Origin: the human T2T-CHM13v2.0 reference genome, Homo sapiens
Strand: one strand, 5' to 3'
NCBI RefSeq assembly: GCF_009914755.1
Contig: NC_060929.1
Length of the DNA stretch: 64,000 bases
The position numbers and the translations under genes are program-made. A model generated the notes under the pieces. The model worked only from the letters and a program-made list of their open reading frames with translations. It was not told the DNA's origin and did no database searches. Positions 28,060-38,646 of the stretch are shown piece by piece (the first letter of the stretch is position 1; every line of letters starts with the position of its first letter).

Positions 28060-28920
28060 ATATGGGATATTCAAGAAGGCTCTGTATACTTAACCTGGCA
28101 GAGCTTTCTGGAAAATATTTTGTTGTTTTATTTATGTGTTCATCATGCAGTGATAGAGGGGAGAATGTGAGTTGGCCTGAGAAAAGAGAGAAAGAGATTT
28201 CACATTTGCATTACATCAAGGAGGTTCAACTTGGTCTACCTCTTATTCCACTTTTGAAATCTTGAGATCTGTTTGATGCATAAATTTCATAAATGTTCAC
28301 CTCATTTAAATGATAATTTATGTCCTTAGAATATCATTTCTAGCTTTGTTCTTCTGCACACCCCTGGAGCTGATCAGAGTGTGTTGATCCCTTTGTTTTC
28401 AAAGGAAACTTTATGTTCACACTCTCGCTACAGGGGTTAGCAGAGTAAGACGAGAAAATAGTCCCATAGTGTTTCTGCCAGCTAATGAGGAAAATTTTTC
28501 CTCCTATATATATCATGATAGGTAATTGAATTAGTACTCCAGTAGGAAAGGGTTTGCTATTTCATACTTCTATAGTCTTTTCTTAACACCATGAAATTAA
28601 AGACATGCCAGCATGGAGCTGCCTATTCCTGATCGATTTCAAATAAGCAATGTAGTATATTATTGCTTTTATGTGCTTTTATAGCACATGCTGTGCAAGA
28701 TAATTGACTCCATGACAGATGTCTATATTTCAGAGGAAAATTTATTTGTTAAAGAACAAACATGTATTACCTTAACATGGGGCTATTCATTATATTGCCC
28801 ACAAGGTGCTTTTTGATGACTTCTAAATTGAAATTAATATTTTCTCTTGTCGTTCTGAATATGCATAAGCAAATTTGACTGTTTGATATAACCATTTTGA
28901 AGCTTATTCTGCTACTTGAA
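28060..28920 (-). repeat. Right arm of the old inverted repeat pair
   Basis: Reverse complement shares ordered blocks with the left arm, e.g. ggagtact(g/a)attcaattac, agtcaattatct..cacagcatg, catttaaatgagg, aaatttatgcatcaaa. Confidence 0.85.
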
Positions 28921-29937
28921 TGTAACCTTCTGTACTCTTAGATCATGTTTGAAGTGCTGGGAAATGAGAAAGTGTGCATTTGTTTTTTTTTTTAATTTTC
29001 AAAGAAGCCTGTAGGCCTGAACAGTTGCCAAGTTGTTCAGAGTAAGTTCTGTCCATCAGACCCATCTTTACATAAAATGACTATGAGAAAAGTCTTAAAG
29101 GGTACAGGAAATATTTTCCATGAATCCTCCTTTACTCTCTCACTTCTGCTTGAAATGTCACTCTTTTTCAAGGCAAACACTAGTAGGAAGTAGCATCTGA
29201 AGTCCCTAACACTTTTGTGTGAGGCAAACTGGCTTGGAGAACTGGCAGTATTAGTTGGACAAGGCTGCTATGAAATAAAACTGAAAAAAGAGAGACGTTT
29301 ACAAAGGAATGTCCATCTCCATCTACTTTGCAACACTGACGGAGACCAATTCTCCTGTCTGTAAATAACCCTCCCATTCTTTTAGCTGTCAGAGTTTCTC
29401 CAGGAAGAAACTAGACCCTTTATCCTCATCAGCTGACTGGTCACCTTTTGCAATAAGATCATACCATTAATATAAAATTAAAATAATCAATACCAAGGGA
29501 TTACCATATTCAGAAAGGATATAAGTTTAATAAGGTTCTTTCAAGGACTATTTCTCTTTTGATGAGAAGAAAAAGAGAAATTTCTACCCTCTTGAACTTT
29601 CAATGGCCAAGCCTTTTGAGCATTAGAGGAAACAAGCGGGGGGCGGAGAAAGAGATTTTTTAAATTAAATTGGATATAGTATTTTTGAAAGTAAAACTGG
29701 GACACTAAGGACTAGTTTTGTAATGACACAGAGTGCAGAGACAACCTCAGGTGGGGTGGAGCCCTGAGGAGAGTGAAAAGGGAGGCTTCTCCTCACCTAA
29801 GTGGAGGTGGTTGGCTCCACTGCCCAAGCTGGCCTGCACACAGAATGGAATGCCTTGAGGCTGTAAGTCTGAGGCTCTGAGGTGAGGTGCACTACTGGGC
29901 GTCTGACAGCACAGCTAAAATTGGCTGTGCCAACCAG

Positions 29938-31224
29938 TGAGAGGTGACAGCATGCCGGCAGCCCCCGCAGCCCTCGCTTGCTCTGGGCACCTCCGTGGCC
30001 TTGGCGCCCACTCTGGCCGCGCTTGAGGAGCCCTTCAGCCCGCCGCTGCACTGTGGGAGCCCCTTCCTGCAATGGCGGAAGTCGGAGCCGGCTCCCTCAG
30101 CTTGCAGGGAGGTGTGGAGGGAGAGGCGCGGGCGGGAACCAGGGCTGAGCAGGGCGCTTGCAGGCCAGCTAGAGTTCTCGGTGGGCGTGGGCTTGGCGGG
30201 CCCACACTCGGAGTGGCCGGCCGGCCTCGCCCGCCAGGGCAGTGAGGGGCTTAGCACCCAGGCCAGCAGCTGCGGAGGGTGCGCCTGGTCCCCCAGCAGT
30301 GCTGGCCCACTGGCACTGCACTCGATTTCTCGCTGGGCCTTAGCTACCTCCCTGCGGGGCAGGGCTCGGGACCTGCAGCCCGCCATGCCTGAGCCTCCCC
30401 CAAGGCTGTGGGCTCCTGCGCTACCTAACCTCCCCAAGCCTCCTAGACTAGCGCTGCCCCCTGCTCCATCAGCACTCTGTGTCTAGCTCAGGGTTTGTGG
30501 ATGCACCAATCAGCACTCTGTATCTAGCTAATCTGGTGGGGACCTGGAGAATTTTTATGTCTAGCTAAGGGATTGTGAATACACCAATCAGCACCCTGTG
30601 TCTAGCTCAAGGTTTGTAAATCCACCAATCAGTACTCTGTATCTAGCTGATCTTGTGGGGACTTGGAGAACCTTTATGTCTAGCTAAGAGATTGTGAATA
30701 CACTAATCAGCACTCTGTATCTAGCTAATCTAGTGGGACTTGGAGAACTTTTGTGTCTAACTCAGGGATTGTAAGTGCACCAATCAGCACCCTGTCAAAA
30801 CGGACCAATCAGCTCTCTGTAAAACAGACCAATCAGCTCTCTGTAAAATGGACCAATCAGCAGGATGTGCGTGGGGCCAGAAAAGGGAATAAAAGCAGGC
30901 TGCCCCAGTAGCAACTCGCTGGGGTCCCTTTCTACACTGGAGAAGCTTTGCTCTTTAGCTCTTTGCAATAAATCTTGCTGCTGCTCACTTTTTGGGTCCA
31001 CACTGCCTTTATGAGCTGTAACACTCACCACGAAGGTCTGCAACTTCACTTCTGAGCCAGTGAGACCACGAACCCACCAGAAGGAAGAAACTCCAAACAC
31101 ATCCAAACATCAGAAGGAACAAACTCCAGACATGCTACCTTTAAGAACTGTAACACTCACAGAGAGGGTCCGCGGCTTCATTCTTGAAGTCAGTGAGACC
31201 AAGAACTCACCAATTCCAGACACA
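29938..31224 (+). mobile_element. ERV9 solo LTR (LTR12D/E-like)
   Basis: Starts tgagaggtgacagc, ends caattccagacaca; 4-bp TSD ccag (29934-37, 31225-28); GC-rich U3; tandem caccaatcagcactctgtatctagct units. Confidence 0.96.
30500..30972 (+). promoter_or_regulatory. LTR12 enhancer/promoter: CCAAT (NF-Y) array, AATAAAA TATA-equivalent, poly(A) signal
   Basis: CCAAT at 30506, 30584, 30625, 30780, 30805, 30829, 30853; aataaaa 30888-30894; aataaa 30967-30972. Confidence 0.75.
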
Positions 31225-31455
31225 CCAGGACCTTGAGGGTGTGAGAGGTTACCGTCAGGTTACATTTAGAAGTGTTGTCCCAACTACTCTCCCACATTTA
31301 AGACAAAAATATAGTCACCACTGAACAAGAAAATCATCTTGGCACAAAAATGTACTGAATTGAAGAAAGAAAACAAAGAGAAACAAAACACCATAGCCTA
31401 GAACTGCCCCTCCACATTTTCTTCTCTCTCACACCACAAACTTTCTCTCTCTGTG

Positions 31456-31484
<29 letters not shown>
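31456..31484. repeat. (CA)n microsatellite
   Basis: Pure acacac run of about 14 units. Confidence 0.95.
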
Positions 31485-31486
<2 letters not shown>

Positions 31487-32197
31487 AGAGACGTATTTGA
31501 GGGAGGGTCTCAAGTGCTTGCTTTCCTTAACAACCCAGACCAGGAGGAAGAGATAAAGTGACTTAGGAGATGCCTAAAGATGAAGAACAGCCCGGGATCC
31601 GTAAACAGACTCAGCTCGGTGTCTTCTCGCACCTTCTCAGAATCAAGTTTCCAAAATGAGGGTCATCCGCCTGCCTTGGAATTTGGGTTGGGAAGTGGAT
31701 GGAGTTCCTGGACACATGCTCTAGGCCCTGACCAGTCTGGCCACTGCTCGCTAGGAATTCTGTTGGGAGGGTGTACAACAGATTTTCCAACTGGTCTATA
31801 GCGAGCATCGGTAGTTTCCCTATGGAGAAACTGATTTTCTTTCTGGGAATCCCCCTATAGCCTGAAGGCTTTGCCTCATTTCCCATAGCTCCTCTCCGGT
31901 GTACCCCTTCGGTTCGCACTTTCCTACCTTCTTCCCAGTCCACTGGCTTCTCCTTCTTTATCTTCCTCAGTGTCCCTTCTCACAACCTCCCTGCTACCAC
32001 ACCAGATTCTGAAGGGGAGGAGTTGTCTGGAAAGACCAGAGCTGGGTGCTGGGGATCTGGAGCAGCTCGGGACCCGCGCTGCAGGGAGCTGGGATGGGAG
32101 AGGTGAGGGAGAGGAGGATGGGACTCTGGGAGAAAGAGAGGGGGCTGGGCTGGCGCTGGGGATGGAAGAGGCGAGGTGAACGCACTCAAGCGGTTAC

Positions 32198-32300
32198 CTG
32201 CAGACAGGGAGAGACAGTGGCAAATACCTGCCTTCAATTAAACGCATATCAATTTGTGTGTGGGGTCAGTACTGCACATCATCAAGCCTCTTGGGTATAA
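32198..32300 (-). other. Candidate 5' exon end of a divergent minus-strand transcript (upstream extent unknown)
   Basis: Minus-strand donors CAG|gtaacc (32198) and CAG|gtattt (32228) at the left edge of the CpG island. Confidence 0.3.
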
Positions 32301-33320
32301 AACCTTCCTACTGGAACTCTCCAGCCCCGCCCCCACCACCCCACGCGCGGCTCCCTGCTTTCTCTTGCTTTGGGGTGAGGCTGGGGATGTGGGTGGCTCC
32401 AGAGTTCCCTGCCCGCAGTTTAGGGGCGAAGTGATCGGTGTGTGCGCGCTGGGCACTCTGCGGGTTAAAAAGGTTTAGCAGAAAGGGATGCAGATGGAGG
32501 CGGGAAGCCAGGCTAAGAAAGGGATACCGACCTCCCTCCTCGGGTCGGAGGTGTGAACTGGGAAGCACTGCGCAGACCTGAGCGAGGTGGCCTGAATCCA
32601 GGGGCCGGGCAAGGGGGTGGTGTGAATAGAAATAGCACATTTCCCAGGCTTTCAGCCCCGGTACTCTGCCATCCTTCCAGTTCCATGCACTCAGCCAGGT
32701 CTCCAGGCTGGAGCAAGGGCTGGGGGTCAATGGGTCCTTCCTTCTCTCGGGAAACGTTCTTCTGGCGCGAAGCTGGGCGGAGGGAGAGTTGGACATTTTC
32801 CTCTGCTTCTCTCAGGGCAGCTGGCGTGGCCACCTCGCAAGGCTGCTTCTAGGGACACGAGACTCGGGAGGGTCAGAGACTTTCAGGCCGGGCCTTCACT
32901 CCCTTCCCCGGGGCACTTGGGCAAGAGTTCCAGCTCTTGGCTACCTCTGGCCCGCGCGTGAGTTCAGACACCCAGCACACGCGACCCCCGCAGGGAAACC
33001 CCGGGAAGCTGCGCGCAATCGCTGGGGACTCGCCAGGGCTCCACTTCCCAAGCTCCGCGCCCCCTGCGCCCAAAGAGGCAGGGCGGAGCAGAGGCCGCCG
33101 GCGTGGAGGAGGCGAGCGCGGGGCTGGCCCGGGAGCCGCCCCCGGGGAGGGACTGAGACCTGCCCCAGGAGTCGAGGGCGAGCGGCGGACCCGGCTGGGC
33201 CCGGCGCACGCCGAGGAGAGGGAGCCCCCGCCACCGCCGCTGCCTCCGCGTGCTCAGCCTGTCCCCGCCCAGGGAGCCGGAGCCTCCAACTAACTCCGCC
33301 CGCCGCTCCGCCGCCCGCAG

Positions 33321-33410
33321 GCTCCGGCTTCCGTCCCGGACAGAGCCCGTGGTCGCGCAGGTTGGTGTTGTTGCCGCTGCCGCCGCCACTGCGAGGCGGT
33401 CAGGGCAAGG
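33321..33410 (+). other. Non-coding 5' exon of a plus-strand gene (first exon if initiated ~33150-33300, or internal exon via the acceptor at 33320)
   Basis: Donor CAAGG|gtgagg at 33410/33411 followed by G-rich intron start; alternative donor CAG|gttggt at 33360; no ATG in 33200-33410. Confidence 0.6.
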
Positions 33411-34009
33411 GTGAGGGTGGGGGCGCGGAAGGGGGCCTGGGCTCGGGATCCTGCTGCCACCAATTCCTGGTGCCCCAGGAGGTTGTTGCTTTTTCTCCCG
33501 GGCTGCCCGGGTCGGGGGTGGGGGGATGGGGCGGGGATCCAGCGATGCGGCCAGGGAGGATTTTGGGGACTGAGCTATTCTCGCATTTCCCAAACCTCTC
33601 TCAGGACCCTTCATCACCATTATTAAGTCCCTGGCCAGTTTGTGAGGGGTCGTCCTCCCCTCCGGTCCTTCTCACCTCCGCACTTCTCCTTGTGCTCTCT
33701 CCCTAGGGGGTACAATTTGTTCATTCGCCTTTTCTGCCCCCAACTTGGAGAACTCTCCGTGACGCCTAGAAAGCCTCCTCGGTTCTCCGCCCGCCCTTCA
33801 GTCTAGTTTGGGGAAGTAGAGGCCGCCGCGGAGTAGCAACCTGGGGTGTGGAGTGGGGGCGAGTGCCGGGAAGCAGTGGAAATTCCTTCCCCTCTTTCTT
33901 TCCCGTCCTTGCCCAGCTTTGCTCTCTTCCTGCCGTTTTGCCAGCCTCCGAATGTAATACGCGGGCGAAGGGCGATCTCCAAGGCAGAATGGGAAGTATC
34001 CACCACTTG

Positions 34010-34190
34010 GGATACTAGTTAAGTCTAGGTTCAGTCACCTTCCCAGCTCTGTGGCCTTGGGACCCGCCCCATCGGAACCTGTATGTTGTCATCTGCAAAA
34101 TATGCGTCAGCTCTGCCTGCCGCTGAGGGTAGTTGTGGGGCTCCCTTGGGATGACTTAGGGTATTACGTGATTTTGAGCACGGTCTCTTG
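34010..34190 (+). mobile_element. MIR SINE at the CpG-island edge
   Basis: cccagctctgtggccttggg...gtcatctgcaaaat...ctgagggtagttgtgggg follows MIR core order. Confidence 0.55.
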
Positions 34191-34699
34191 TCTCGTGCAG
34201 CTGCCTGATGGCAGGTCCTGTGTTCTGATCGTCTGAGTTCAGGTCCTTTGGCTGAGATGTGATTATCTCTCTGGGTGATTTGGTCAGTAGCTTTGCGGGG
34301 CTAAAAGGCATGTGTTCCTGGAGCTGGTCATTGGGGTTCAGAGTTGAAATCGTGTCGTCCCCACCAATCCCTGTGTATAAAGCTATGGACCTTACATCCT
34401 GTGCCTTTGTGGTCATAGAAATTCAAGTAGAAGGAAGATCTTATTGGACTTTGTTTGCTTCAGATGTTTTACATTCTTTACAATCGCTTTTCTCTTCTAG
34501 GTGCAAACTTAAATTTACTGCTAATTCTAATAATCCAGGAAGGATACTTTCATTTTAGTAAAATCAGACATTTAGCTCAAATAACATGTGACATATTGTT
34601 TGTAAATTTTCAGTTTATAATCACAGGCACAAAAAAGCATAGTTCATGCCATTCTAGTTACTTTATGAAGCAAGTAAATGGCCTAAAAAATCAGCTTTA

Positions 34700-34785
34700 C
34701 AGGAAGTCAGGGCTGCAGTGAACTGTGTTTATACCACTGCACTCCAGCCTCGGTGACAGAGCAAGACCCTGTCTCAAAAATAAAT
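34700..34785 (+). mobile_element. 5'-truncated Alu (3' part of right arm)
   Basis: ggctgcagtgaactgtg...ccactgcactccagcct...ccctgtctcaaaaat, flanked by 11-bp TSD aatcagcttta. Confidence 0.9.
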
Positions 34786-35057
34786 AATCAGCTTTAGAAT
34801 TGATATTAAATGGTAAGCCCTGTCGTTCCTGCATTCCTGACTTAATAGGCATTTTCATTCCGCGATGCACTCTGCTATATGCTTTAAAGATATAAAGATA
34901 TAGAGTATGTTCCTTGTCCTGAAGGGCCTTCCAAGTTAACTTAAAGACTACGTAGTTTTATTTCATATTTTTATATGAACAGTCTTCTAATGACTATACA
35001 TGGCAAGTAGAATGAGGTCAAGAATGCATTATCAAAGGCCCTTTAAGATCATCATTT

Positions 35058-35373
35058 GGCCGGCTGCGGTGGCTCACGCCTGTAATCCCAGCACTTTGGG
35101 AGGCCGAGGCGGGCAAATCACAACGTCAGAAGTTCCATACCAGCCTGGCCGACATGGTGAAATCCCATCTCTACTAAAAATACAAAAAATTACTTGGGCA
35201 TAGTGGCAGGCACCTGTAATCCCAGCTACTTGGGAGACTGAGGCAGGAGAATCGCTTGAACCTGGGAGGTGGAGGTTTCAGTGAGCTGAGATCACTCCAC
35301 ACACTCCAGCCCTGGTGACAGAGTGAGACTCTCTCAAAAAAACGATAAAACTAAATAAATAAATAGATAAAAA
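35058..35373 (+). mobile_element. AluS (Sg-like)
   Basis: Full dimeric Alu; TSD atcatttgg. Confidence 0.95.
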
Positions 35374-35769
35374 ATCATTTGGTGAGTTTGCATAATTGGA
35401 AGAAATAACAAGTTTGTTAAGACATTGCTTTCTAAAATAAAATGCCATGTGCTTCTACTTCATCAAGGTGCACTTGGAAATAAAATGAATTCTGTGTTTT
35501 TAGAATGAAAGCTTAGGAAAACATTCTACACATGTATGATGTGCTAATCAAATGTTAAAAGCTATAGAAATTTTAATTCTAACTTCCTTCAACTGTATGT
35601 TGTGGTTCCCACATACAGTTTTTTTCTCAACTCCTTGAGGAAGGAAATTATAATGCCTAGAAAAAATATACAGAGATTTAATGTAAGATTTTTAATAAGC
35701 TGGACCTTAAGGCCTGGTGGGTCCTGAAGTGACTCTGGAAATTTGACTTTAAAAGTTACGAGACTTGGT

Positions 35770-36068
35770 GAGACTGAGTGTGGTGGCTCATGCCTGTAAT
35801 CCCAACACTTTGAGAGGCTGAGGTGGGAGTATTGCTTGAGTTCAGGAGTTTGAAACCAGCAACATAGTGAGACCTTCTCTCTACAAAAAATATTAAAAGA
35901 AAAAAAAAGCCAGGTGTGGTGGTGCACGCCGGTAGTCCCAGCTACTCAAGAGGCTGAGGAGGGAGGATCTCTTGAAACTGGGAGGTTGAGGCTATAGTGA
36001 GCTGTGATCATGCCACCACACTCCAACTTGGGCCACAGAGAGAGACCCTGTCTCAAAAAAAAAAAAAA
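35770..36068 (+). mobile_element. AluJ
   Basis: Dimeric Alu with attgcttgagttcaggagttt and gagctgtgatcatgccac; A14 tail. Confidence 0.92.
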
Positions 36069-36939
36069 GACTTAGAATTTTTTTTTTTTTTTTTTTTCTT
36101 GGGGCAAAGAATGAGCAAGAATTCCACCTGGAAAAGATTGACCAGGGATCTTGACTTTCTGTCTAGGTTGTATTTTGTGTGACTCAGTGACATCTCTGAT
36201 TCTTTTCCTCCTCCTAGGAAGAATTTATCTATCTGCTATGTGCAGAATTTATTAGGCTTTACATACTGGGCTTTGAGGCTTTGACTGGACTCTCACATTA
36301 AGGCATGGCAGGCTGAGGGGCAGCCTGAGGGACATAATGTTAACTTTACACTTGGCTTTATTGTTCCATACCTTTGTTTTTCTATTTGTGAAATGAGATT
36401 AAAGATCCTTCTTACTGCCCTGAAAGCCGTGTCATCTGGTATAATAGCCATAAATGCTTCTTGTGTGTATAAGAACTTTCTTTACCATTTGAATGCGAAA
36501 GCTAATTATTAAAACCACATACAAATAGCTCAAAAGATGGGCTGTGAATAAAGCTGCTGTTGGTGTCATGTGCTCTCAGGTATCCTGGCAGAAATTTCAG
36601 TCATCATGTATCCCTACAATTTACTGTGTTGTGGAGAATAAGGCCTTCATTTTATCTGGGGTTGAATGTTTACCTCTCCAAAATGGGAATAATGAAATAC
36701 TAACCTGAAAGGACTGTTGTCAGCATTAAATGAGCTAATCCATGTGTGGTTCTTAGCACATTGCCAGTATACAGCTATTGCTCTATGACTCAAGTAGTTA
36801 TTTTAGTTTCTCCAGGGTAGGGGGAGGGGGGAAGGAATGGAATTTCAGTGGTCCACATTTTAAAAATGAATACATATATAAAAATATAAACACACTCTTC
36901 CCCAATATTTTGAAATAGCCATTCCTCAGCTAACTTGTT

Positions 36940-38000
36940 TCATTCATTTATGCAACAAGTGTTTATTCAGCCCACACTAAACGTTTGGCTTTTTCCTAGG
37001 CACTGACATACAATGGTATACAAGACAGTTATAGTCACTTTCTTATGACTGAAAGGTCTAGAGAGGGATGCAGATCTGTAAACAGAGAATTATAAATTTA
37101 TAAAGAAAATTTTTAAAAAATTATAATGCCATATGATTCATGCCATGATAAGGGTAGTGAAGAGAACCTCAGAAGATAGGATAGCAGGGTCCTGGGTAGG
37201 TGAATGTCACACAGTGCATCATCTCATCCTAATTGGGTTGGTGGTGGTGAAGGAAAACTTCCTAGCAGCATGAATACATGAAGACCTGAAGCATGAGTGG
37301 TAGTTAGCAGCTGAAGAGGTGGGAAGATTGAAAGAGACCAAAGGGAGCATGATGCCTTAGAATGGAAGTCAGGCAGAAAATGTTAAACAATACATAGGTA
37401 AGAGCAGGAGGGAGAGGCGTGGCAATCTGGAGAATCCAAGCTGTCTAAAGGGAAAAGTAGATACTCATTTCAGCCAAGTATTGTCAGGTTGGGATGCAGG
37501 CCAAGTGTTGCCAGATGCCTTGATTTCTAAAGAGGAGCTTAAAATTCATATTTTATAAATATGAAATCTCCCAAATATGAACTAACCCAAATGTTTTAAA
37601 AACTATTCTGTGGGCCAAACCAGACAAATCTGTAGTTGGAATTCAACCTAGGGCCACCATTTTATGACCTCTACATGTAAGAAACTGAGAGGAGTTTAAT
37701 GTGGCTAAAGGCATAAACCTTAAACGGACAAGCAAGGGAAGCACTGGCTTTGTGGAACTTGCTAAGGAGGGGTGGCCTAATTCTAAGGACAGTGGGTGAC
37801 ATTGAAGACTGAAACAAGATGAGATTTGTGTTACAAGATGCAGTCTAGCTACTGTATAGAGAATGAGTGGGAGGAGGCAGTGGTGGAAGAAAGATAACCA
37901 TTTGGAAGCTTACCGTGGTCATAGGAAGAAATTAAGTGTGGCTAAAAGCAAGGTATTCAAGCAGGTGGGAGATGAGTGGATTTCAGAGATATGTATGATA
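36940..38000 (-). mobile_element. L2 fragments (with a small hAT-like insert ~37480-37670)
   Basis: cattcatttatgcaacaagtgtttattcagcc (L2 3' end reversed), then purine-rich L2 body. Confidence 0.6.
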
Positions 38001-38006
38001 CCCCTA

Positions 38007-38450
38007 TGTTGGGATTCAATTCTCCATTAGTCACTCAGACTTTTGCATGTCTTGTGAGCAAAGGCATTTACTGCTTTCATCCCAGACTCTCTTAAAGACA
38101 TTTGTATGGTAGATAGTTTTGGAAGATAGAGGTATTCTTTCCCTCTGAAGCAAAGGGCAGGTAGGTTTTACTGTCCAGTTTAAAAGATTCAAGTACCCTA
38201 AGCTCAGGGTTCCCCTCTGACAATGCAGATCATCAAGTATCTGCTTCACATCACATGGGGGGAACTGAGTTTCAGGAGATTGGCACAACTATGCTGATAC
38301 TACTGCTACTGATATTTTTGTGAGTAGTATAGTCCTTTGTTTCTCACCCTAGAATTTTCTGTCTTCTTCCAGCATCCCCATGAAACTGTGGCACCCTGAT
38401 TTCGTTAGCCTGCAAGTAGGATAAAAATCTCAGACCCTTAATTATTGATA
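38007..38450 (+). mobile_element. ERVL solo LTR (LTR40a-like)
   Basis: tgttgggattcaattctccat...cttgtgagcaaaggca...ttggaagatagag...ctctgaagcaaagggcagg...aatctcagaccct. Confidence 0.8.
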
Positions 38451-38646
38451 GCCACTAGCCACATTGTCTGTTTAAATTTAAGTATAAATTAATTAAAAAT
38501 GGAATACGATTTTAAAAATCCATTCCTCAGTTGCAGTAGCCACATTTCAAATGCTTAATAGCCATACAAGGCTAGTGGATACTGTACTGGGCAGAGAAGA
38601 TATAGAAAATTTCCATCATTGCAGATAGTTTTATTGGACATTGCTG
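38451..38646. mobile_element. MER3-like hAT element
   Basis: gccactagccacat...cctcagttgcagtagccacatttcaaatgct...tttccatcattgcagatagttttattggacattgctg. Confidence 0.8.

Larger units (their letters stand above)
32330..34200. promoter_or_regulatory. CpG island, probable bidirectional promoter
   Basis: Very high GC and CpG density against depleted flanks; GC boxes (ccccgccccc ~32325, gggcgg repeats); gccgccgcc tracts. Confidence 0.93.

Noticed and set aside
20381-28470. Idea that the inverted arms are paralogous coding exons or a selected long RNA duplex
   Set aside because: Stops in the frames examined, no codon periodicity of mismatches, no strand bias for G-U-compatible changes, and only ~68% identity
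30470-30860. Regularly spaced direct repeats resembling a CRISPR-like array
   Set aside because: These are the normal tandem enhancer units of LTR12 U3; the intervening sequences are themselves repeated, and this is primate DNA with no cas genes
29797-31106. ORFs of 91-181 aa
   Set aside because: They lie in or across the LTR12; artefacts of GC-rich LTR sequence
32789-33706. 305-aa ORF and other overlapping ORFs across the CpG island
   Set aside because: Starts at a non-ATG codon, is low-complexity R/G/P/A-rich, overlaps ORFs in other frames and strands, and runs through splice donors; typical stop-codon depletion in GC-rich DNA
32330-34200. Assigning gene symbols to the promoter
   Set aside because: No coding exon is visible and I do not recognise the 5' exon sequence; a genome alignment is needed
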